A DNA stretch of 7,858 nt from positions 1-7,858 of the forward strand of contig NW_021828744.1 in the NCBI RefSeq assembly GCF_006345805.1, in the 5' to 3' direction. The DNA comes from Octopus sinensis (lineage: Eukaryota). Shown here piece after piece: positions 1 to 6,269 of this stretch; the first letter of the stretch is position 1; the number at the start of each line of letters is the position of its first letter. Below the pieces are notes generated by a model. That model did no database searches, had not been told where the DNA came from, and saw only the letters and a program-made list of their open reading frames with translations. A program made the translations under genes and the position numbers.

Positions 1-58
1 ATACTATTTGTTCCACGTCCTCGCGTTGTTGTGTTTTTTTGTGCTTTCATGTTTGGAT

Positions 59-62
<4 letters not shown>

Positions 63-104
<42 letters not shown>

Positions 105-166
105 TATATATGTGTGGTGGTGTGTGTGTGTGGTGTGTGTGTGGTGTGGGTGTGTGTGTGTGTGTG
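63..166. repeat. Compound microsatellite: (TA)n then interrupted (TG)n
   Basis: Pure (TA)17 at 63-96, imperfect TA to ~110, then TG/TGG repeats to 166; read directly. Confidence 0.95.
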
Positions 167-250
167 CCAGTGTAAGCACATAAATGTGAAACGAGTTGGA
201 AAAAATAGTACCGAATACCGGAGTTAGAGTAATATGCTTTATTAATAAAG

Positions 251-283
251 TATATATACACACTACATACGCGCGCGCGCACA

Positions 284-310
<27 letters not shown>
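251..310. repeat. Compound microsatellite (TA)/(CG)5/(CA)n, an alternating purine-pyrimidine tract
   Basis: CGCGCGCGCGC at 270-280 directly followed by (CA)n to 310. Confidence 0.9.
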
Positions 311-314
<4 letters not shown>

Positions 315-325
315 TGAAGAAATTG

Positions 326-762
326 GAATCAACTAGGAGTACTGTCCAGCCGTATTAAATCCAAAAAATCGTACACGTAGGACAGAGACAGAAAGACCCT
401 AATTCTTCTTCAGTTATAGACCGAAATCTTACTACTCAGTTTCGTGCCTTTAACGATAAGACTGAGAACTTCGCATATCGGCGGCGCCCGCAAACTTTGC
501 GGAGAATTAGGGCTTCGAGTAAACAAGACAATACCCGGTGGCCGTACGAAAGAAAGCTAATGTAATTTGAAACGATTGACGAAGGCCGAATAAATACAGC
601 TTTTCGGCCAAACACTAGAATGGTGGGTAACGTCTGGAAGAAATCCTGAAGGGAAATAGAATGAGTAATAGCAAGAGAGGAGACAGATGCTGACCGGCAA
701 GCTAAGCATCCGTGGTGAAAGGCTGAGAGATGAGAAAATTAGTCACGGGTCACATGTGGACA

Positions 763-763
<1 letters not shown>
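326..763. other. Unassigned higher-complexity, hairpin-rich segment between microsatellites; possibly a non-coding part of an interspersed repeat
   Basis: More GC- and CpG-rich than the flanks, no long ORF. Inverted repeats at 397-406/503-512, 435-440/461-466, 488-502, 584-590/603-609 and 686-691/705-710. Family not recognised. Confidence 0.3.

Positions 764-806
<43 letters not shown>
764..806. repeat. (TA)n microsatellite
   Basis: Perfect TA dinucleotide run. Confidence 0.95.
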
Positions 807-809
<3 letters not shown>

Positions 810-1117
810 CAAAATAAGCAACAAGAATGACTCCGGTAAGTTGGTACGATCGTTTCGTACTACATCATTTCATTATGTTGTAAGTATTACAAGAGTTTTA
901 AAATGCTGAGCACTCATCAGTCAATTATAGAGGTTTTCCATTAATGCAAAAATGTTCATATCAAGTGGCAACATTATAGAGAAGGTAGATATAAAGACAA
1001 AGATGTGGATTTAAATTTCAAGAACATTTGAGGTAGTGGAGCCCATCAACTGACTGACTAAGATTCAGTTGTTCCAGACTACTGTAAGGTTCTGGTACAT
1101 TATACATTATACTACAG

Positions 1118-1210
1118 TATATATATTATATATATATATCTATATATATATATATATATAATATATATTATATTTATATATATATTATTATTATTATTAT
1201 ATTTTATTTA
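1118..1210. repeat. Imperfect (TA)n/(TTA)n low-complexity tract
   Basis: Almost pure A/T with TA and TTA periodicity. Confidence 0.9.
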
Positions 1211-2099
1211 TCTAATTTTAAAAAGTTGTAATTTGCAAATATTATACTAATGTTTTTCATGCAGAACTACATTTCATCAAAAAATTCTCTCCAAAATTGA
1301 ATGTCTAAAAGAAATGGGGAGACAGTACATTTTGTATTGTAAATATAACTCAAAGAGGAGAAAAATACAGGGGTAAAAGAAAGAAAAGGGGAAGAGAAAA
1401 AGAAAGCAAAATGACATTCAGTGGTGACCAAACCGCACTTGTGTTTTTTTTTGAAGAGGTCACCATCCTTAAACCCATTCCAATACAATGGTAAATAACT
1501 AACTAACTAAATAAATGAATGGTCACCCACCCCCCAAAAAAACAAAAAAACAATGTTCTCTTCTAAACAACCACTCCCCAAAACATCTGTTTTATATAAA
1601 TGAACAAGCTTATTTGTATATTCACAAAATTTTATTTGACGAATTCGAGAAACGAACGAAAGCGCTAATAATAATAATGAAGAAATTGCTATTTCCTCCA
1701 TCTTGTTATCTGTTTTAACATATTTTCGCTTTTGTGAGTTGCTGTTTAAATTCAGTAACCATTTTGAATACAAAATATTGTTAATTACAAATTGTATATT
1801 TTTTTTCATGAAGTAAGAAAAGAAAATATATGCCCCACCCTCAACCGCCGCCGCCACCGCCACCACTTGTCTTTGTTTACACAAGGGTAGCTAAGGCAGG
1901 TCGTCCTCAGGTAACTAAAATTCATTTTTTTGCTTTTTGCAAAGAGACCACAGAAATTCTCTTTGAATTTGCTAGGGGGAAAAAAATCGTGCTTCGAAGA
2001 GAGGAGAAAAAAAACAAAAAACAATACGTGTTCATTGTACACAACAACATAAATAACAACAACAACAAGAATAATAACCAAACGAGAAGGGACTGGAAA

Positions 2100-2420
2100 A
2101 GGGTTCGAATTAGAAGTCGGTAAGGGATAACATTGGCAATGGAGAACGTAATTGTTATAAGAACAATGGGAGCATTAACAACCAGGTTTAAGAAATTTGG
2201 AGATTTGTGGGGGAGATTGGAATCGACATGAGGGTGGAACATGCTCAGAAAATTGCTTTTTTGGGGTCAGCAAGGATTTTGAGAGAGGTACTTGGATGTT
2301 GAGTATCGTGAAAGAAGACCCCCGAGAGACCCTTTACGACTGGTTGTTTTCTGCTCTTATAGAACTAAACGGAGCAACTGAAAGCGAGAACTCTGAGATA
2401 TGAAGCGAAATGGAAATAAT
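2100..2420 (+). mobile_element. Degenerate 3' end (ORF C-terminus plus probable 3' UTR) of an RLE-type non-LTR retrotransposon
   Basis: Manual translation: 2139-2198 MENVIVIRTMGALTTRFKKF, frameshift (apparent 8-bp duplication), then 2204-2302 FVGEIGIDMRVEHAQKIAFLGSARILREVLGC-stop. This matches the V.P..IGALG...QK.ALLG.ARILR.VL C-terminal signature I know from RLE-type LINE ORFs. The 3' boundary near the AATAAT at ~2415 is approximate. Confidence 0.7.
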
Positions 2421-2535
2421 TATGACAAAATTAGCGAACATGTCCTACCTGAAAATCCATCATAGCGCCACCATTCCGTCCACGTGTGTGAACCGTCTGT
2501 TAAAAATAAAAGAGAAAAGGGAATTACATTACGTG

Positions 2536-2627
2536 TATACATATACATACATACATAATATATACATACATAATACATACATAATACATACATACATACA
2601 TACATACATACATACATACATACATAC
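2536..2627. repeat. (TACA)n tetranucleotide microsatellite, imperfect at the 5' end
   Basis: Direct reading; abuts the LINE fragment at 2625. Confidence 0.95.
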
Positions 2628-2675
2628 TACCTCCCTATGCGAGACGATGTTGTTGCTAAAACAGTTTACAATGCC
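2625..2675 (+). mobile_element. Left piece of an RLE-type LINE relic (helix following the CCHC zinc knuckle)
   Basis: Translates YYLPMRDDVVAKTVYNA, similar to the Y..RH(D/N).VA...Y motif (H>D by one base change). It continues in frame into 5753 once the insertion is removed. Confidence 0.75.
2655..2675 (+). repeat. Left target-site duplication copy (21 bp; 17-21 bp given ambiguous terminal bases)
   Basis: GCTAAAACAGTTTACAATGCC, identical to 5732-5752 and directly adjacent to the array. Confidence 0.92.
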
Positions 2676-5600
2676 TATTTCTTTACTACCCACAAGGGGC
2701 TAAACACAGAGGACAAACAAGGACAGACAAGCGGATTAAGTCGATTACATTAAGTACCAGCTGAGCATTGGGGGTCAATATATCTTTCTTTAATGCCCTA
2801 AAGGGGCTAAACATAGAGGGTACAAACAAGGACAGACAAGCGGATTAAGTCGATTACATCGACCCCAGTAACTAGTACTTATTTAATCGACCCCGAAAGG
2901 ATGAAAGGCAAAGTCGACCTCGGCGGAATTTGAACTCAGAACGTAGCGGCAGACAAAATACCTATTTCTTTACTACCCACAAGGGCTAAACACAGAGAGG
3001 ACAAACAAGGACAGACAGACGGATTAAGTCGATTACATCAACCCCAGTGCGTAACTGGTACTTATTTAATCGACCCCGAAAGGATGAAAGGTAAAGTCGA
3101 CCTCGGCAGAATTTGAACTCAGAACATAGCGGCAGACGAAATACCTATTTCTTTACTACCCACAAGGGGCTAAACACAGAGAGTACAAACAAAGACAGAC
3201 ACACGGATTAAGTCGATTACATCGACCCCAGTAACTGGTACTTATTTAATCGACCCCGAAAGGGTGAAAGGCAAAGTCGACCTCGGCAGAATTTGAACTC
3301 AGAACGTAGCGGCAGACGAAATACCTATTTCTTTACTACCCACAAGGGGCTAAACGCAGAGAGGACAAACAAGGACAGACAGACGGATTAAGTCGATTAC
3401 ATCGACCCCAGTAACTAGTACTTATTTAATCGACCCCGAAAGGGTGAAAGGCAAAGTCGACCTCGGCGGAATTTGAACTCAGAACGTAGCGACAGACGAA
3501 ATACCTATTTCTTTACTACCCACAAGGGGCTAAACACAGAGAGGACGAACAAAGACAGACACACGGATTAAGTCGATTACATCGACCCCAGTAACTAGTA
3601 CTTATTTAATCGACCCCGAAAGGATGAAAGGCAAAGTCGACCTCGGCGGAATTTGAACTCAGAACGTAAAAACAGACGAAATACCTATTTCTTTACTACC
3701 CACAAGGGGCTAAACACAGAGAGGACAAACAAGGACAGACACACGGATTAAGTCGATTACATCGACCCCAGTGCGTAACTGGTACTTATTTAATCGACCC
3801 CGAAAGGATGAAAAGCAAAGTCGACCTCGGCAGAATTTGAACTCAGAACGTAGCGGCAGACGAAATACCTATTTCTTTACTACCCACAAGGGGCTTAACA
3901 CAGAGAGGACGAACAAAGACAGACACACGGATTAAGTCGATTACCTCAACCCCAGTGCATAACTGGTACTTATTTAATCGACCCCGAAAGGATGAAAAGC
4001 AAAGTCGACCTCGGCAGAATTTGAACTCAGAACGTAGCGGCAGACGAAATACTTATTTCTTTACTACCCACAAGGGGCTAAACACAGAGAGGACAAACAA
4101 GGACAGACAGACGGATTAAGTCGATTACATCGACCCCCAATGCGAAACTGGTACTTATTTAATCGACCCCGAAAGGATGAAAGGCCAGGTCGACCTCGGC
4201 GGAATTTGAACTCAGAATGGCAAGACGGACGAAATACCTATTTCTTTATTACCCACAAGGGGCTAAACACAGAGGGGACAAACAAGTACAGACAGACGGA
4301 TTAAGTCGATTACATCGACCCCAGTAACTGGTACTTATTTAATCGACCCCGAAAGGATGAAAGGCAAAGTCGACCTCGGCGGAATTTGAACTCAGAACGT
4401 AAAGACAGACGAAATACCTATTTCTTTACTACCAACAAGGGGCTAAACACAGAGAGGACAAACAAGGACAGACAAACGGATTAAGTCGATTACATCGAAC
4501 CCAGTGCATAACTGGTACTTATTTAATCGACCCCGAAAGGATTAAGGCAAGTCGACCTCGGCGGAATTTGAACTCAGAACGTAAAGACAGACGAAATACC
4601 TATTTCTTTACTACCCACAAGGGGCTAAACACAGAGAGGACAAACAAGGACAGACAAACGGATTAAGTCGATTACATCGACCCCAGTGCATAACTGGTAC
4701 TTATTTAATCGACCCCGAAAGGAAAGGCAAAGTCGACCTCGGCGGAATTTGAACTCAGACGTAGCGGCAGACGAAATACCTATTTCTTTACTACCCACAA
4801 GGGGCTTAACACAGAGAGGACGAACAAAAGACACACACGGATTAAGTCGATTACCTCAACCCCAGTGCATAAATGGTACTTATTTAATCGACCCCGAAAG
4901 GATGAAAAGCAAAGTCGACCTCGCAGAATTTGAACTCAGAACGTAGCGGCAGACGAAAATCTTATTTCTTTACTACCCACAAGGGGCTAAACACAGAGAG
5001 GACAAACAAGAGACAGACGGATTAATCGATTACATCGACCCCCAATGCGAAACTGTACTTATTTAATCGACCCCGAAAGGATGAAACAAGGTCGACCTCG
5101 GCAAATTTGAACTCAGAATGGCAAGACGGACGAAATACCTATTTCTTTATTACCCACAAGGGGCTAAACACAGAGGGGACAAACAAGTACAGACAGACGG
5201 ATTAAGTCGATTACATCGACCCCAGTAACTGGTACTTATTTAATCGACCCCGAAAGGATGAAAGGCAAAGTCGACCTCGGCGGAATTTGAACTCAGAACG
5301 TAAAGACAGACGAAATACCTATTTCTTTACTACCAACAAGGGGCTAAACACAGAGAGGACAAACAAGGACAGACAAACGGATTAAGTCGATTACATCGAC
5401 CCCAGTGCATAACTGGTACTTATTTAATCGACCCCGAAAGGATTAAAGGCAAAGTCGACCTCGGCAGAATTTGAACTCAGAACGTAGCGGCAGACGAAAT
5501 ACTTATTTCTTTACTACCCACAAGGGGCTAAACACAGAGAGGACAAACAAGGACAGACAAACGGATTAAGTCGATTACATCGACCCCAGTGCATAACTGG

Positions 5601-5687
5601 TACTTATTTAATCGACCCCGAAAGGATTAAAGGCAAAGTCGACCGCGGCGGAATTTGAACTCAGAACGTAGCGGCAGACGAAATACC
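2676..5687. repeat. Tandem array of 177-185 bp units (main lengths 180 and 184)
   Basis: Plus-strand unit starts (TATTTCTTT-like) at 2676 (truncated at 2750), 2783, 2963, 3146, 3326, 3506, 3686, 3870, 4054, 4239, 4419, 4601, 4781, 4963, 5140, 5320 and 5504; the last unit ends at 5687. One GTCGAC (SalI) site per full unit. Confidence 0.97.
5650..5662 (-). promoter_or_regulatory. Pol III B box-like motif (repeated in each full unit)
   Basis: GAGTTCAAATTCC versus consensus GGTTCRANNCC, about 50 nt downstream of the A box. Confidence 0.75.
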
Positions 5688-5713
5688 GCTAGGCATTTCG
5701 CCCGGCGTGCTAA

Positions 5714-5724
5714 CGTTTCTGCCA
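5714..5724 (-). promoter_or_regulatory. Pol III A box-like motif (only copy in the array)
   Basis: TGGCAGAAACG versus consensus TRGCNNARYGG, at the expected position in the D-arm-like stem. Confidence 0.6.
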
Positions 5725-5731
5725 GCTCGCC

Positions 5732-5752
5732 GCTAAAACAGTTTACAATGCC
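5732..5752 (+). repeat. Right target-site duplication copy
   Basis: GCTAAAACAGTTTACAATGCC, 21/21 identical to 2655-2675; the first GC may also be the SINE 5' end. Confidence 0.92.
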
Positions 5753-6022
5753 ATCCGCAAAAAAGACTGTCCTGAAATAAACTTAGAAAACCCCTCTGTT
5801 ATGGAATACATTCATAATAAATATCAACTTAAGGAATACTGGTGGAATATTCCCATCAAAACTTCTATCAAATGTAAGCATAACAGGCCAGATATTGTTG
5901 TTTGGGACAGAGGGGCAAAGGTGTGTACCATCATAGAGGTCAGCAGCCCTGCAGATATAAATATCTCATTGAAAATCAAAGAAAAAGAGGATATCTATGG
6001 ACAACTGCTTCAAAACTTAAAA
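5753..6022 (+). mobile_element. Right piece of the RLE-type (R2 superfamily, R4/Dong-like) LINE relic: restriction-like PD-(D/E)xK endonuclease domain
   Basis: Open frame IRKKDCPEINLENPSVMEYIHNKYQLKEYWWNIPIKTSIKCKHNRPDIVVWDRGAKVCTIIEVSSPADINISLKIKEKEDIYGQLLQNLK. HNRPDIV (RPD at 5885-5893), IIEV..P and K..K..Y..L are the canonical RLE motifs. Clade assignment is tentative. Confidence 0.85.
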
Positions 6023-6028
6023 ATAAAA

Positions 6029-6108
6029 CGCTCTGCCCGGTTCAGGAATCGAACTTATGACCTAGCGATCGTGAGTGCAAGGCCACATCAAGTAGGCTAC
6101 GCACCTTC
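6029..6108 (-). mobile_element. 3'-truncated head of a second, different tRNA-derived SINE
   Basis: Minus strand reads GAAGGTGCGTAGCCTACTTGATGTGGCCTTGCACTCACGATCGCTAGGTCATAAGTTCGATTCCTGAACCGGGC, with B box AGTTCGATTCC (plus 6045-6055) and a decayed A-box region. It lies where the RLE homology stops. Confidence 0.6.
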
Positions 6109-6120
6109 ACAGAACACATA

Positions 6121-6180
6121 TGTATGTGTGTGTGTGTGTGTGTGTGTTGTGTGTGTGCGTGCGTGCCTGTATGTGTGTGT
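6121..6180. repeat. Interrupted (TG)n microsatellite
   Basis: Direct reading. Confidence 0.92.
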
Positions 6181-6269
6181 CTGTATTTTGTCCGAATAAT
6201 GATTATGGATGAAATATTGTTTTATAAGCACACACACACATTCAGGCAAATATACACCCCCCTTTTATA

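Larger units (their letters stand above)
2676..5733 (-). mobile_element. Multimeric tRNA-derived SINE insertion: one head, 16 full head-less units and one truncated unit, inside a single TSD
   Basis: Head with A and B boxes at 5646-5733. Every full unit carries a B box (GAGTTCAAATTCY on the minus strand), the core GTCGACTTTGCCTTTCATCCTTTCGGGGTCGATTAAATAAGTACCAG and the tail CCCCTTGTGGGTAGTAAAGAAATA. From memory the core resembles the Meta/MESC central domain of MetaSINEs (unverified). Confidence 0.85.
5646..5733 (-). ncRNA. tRNA-like SINE head with an internal RNA polymerase III promoter (not a functional tRNA)
   Basis: Minus strand reads GCGGCGAGCTGGCAGAAACGTTAGCACGCCGGGCGAAATGCCTAGCGGTATTTCGTCTGCCGCTACGTTCTGAGTTCAAATTCCGCCG. 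It has a D-arm-like stem GCTG/TAGC, an extended hairpin CGCCGGGC-GAAAT-GCCTAGCG, a T-loop TTCAAAT and acceptor-like GCGG/CCGC pairing. Confidence 0.8.

Noticed and set aside
39-309. Short ORFs rich in YI, CV and HT
   Set aside because: Translations of TA, TG and CA microsatellites.
407-466. Minus-strand hammerhead motifs CUCAGUC, CGAAACUGAG and CUGAAGA with a perfect stem III
   Set aside because: The motifs are in the wrong cyclic order (GUC, GAAA, CUGA) and no stem II can be formed.
1267-2123. Several 67-125 aa ORFs, including a poly-Pro start at 1830
   Set aside because: Low complexity, overlapping on both strands, no recognisable domain and no consistent splice structure. A small exon or UTR here cannot be excluded but is unsupported.
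4625-4946. ORFs of 69 and 86 aa within the array
   Set aside because: They exist only because local deletions shift frames past stop codons present in the other units.
2676-5687. CRISPR array or similar repeat-spacer system
   Set aside because: Units repeat over their full 180 bp with no unique spacers; the context is eukaryotic and has no cas-like ORFs.
5504-5687. Hammerhead ribozyme in the tandem unit (retrozyme or satellite-2-like)
   Set aside because: No CUGANGA on either strand of the unit; CGAAAG and GAUGAAA occur without the rest of the core.
5570-5687. HDV-like ribozyme starting at GGUAUUU with P1 = GGUAUUU/AAGUACC
   Set aside because: No P3/L3 directly before the P1 3' strand and no GG for P1.1 after it. 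The stem is reported separately, but the HDV topology is not met.
5646-5733. Functional tRNA gene
   Set aside because: The anticodon-like arm is 8 bp with a 5-nt loop, the region before the T arm is too long, the acceptor stem is incomplete, and the sequence runs straight into a SINE core.
5801-6199. 132-aa ORF as an intact protein-coding gene
   Set aside because: Only the first ~74 codons are LINE endonuclease relic. The rest reads through an antisense SINE head and (TG)n, and no RT domain is present.
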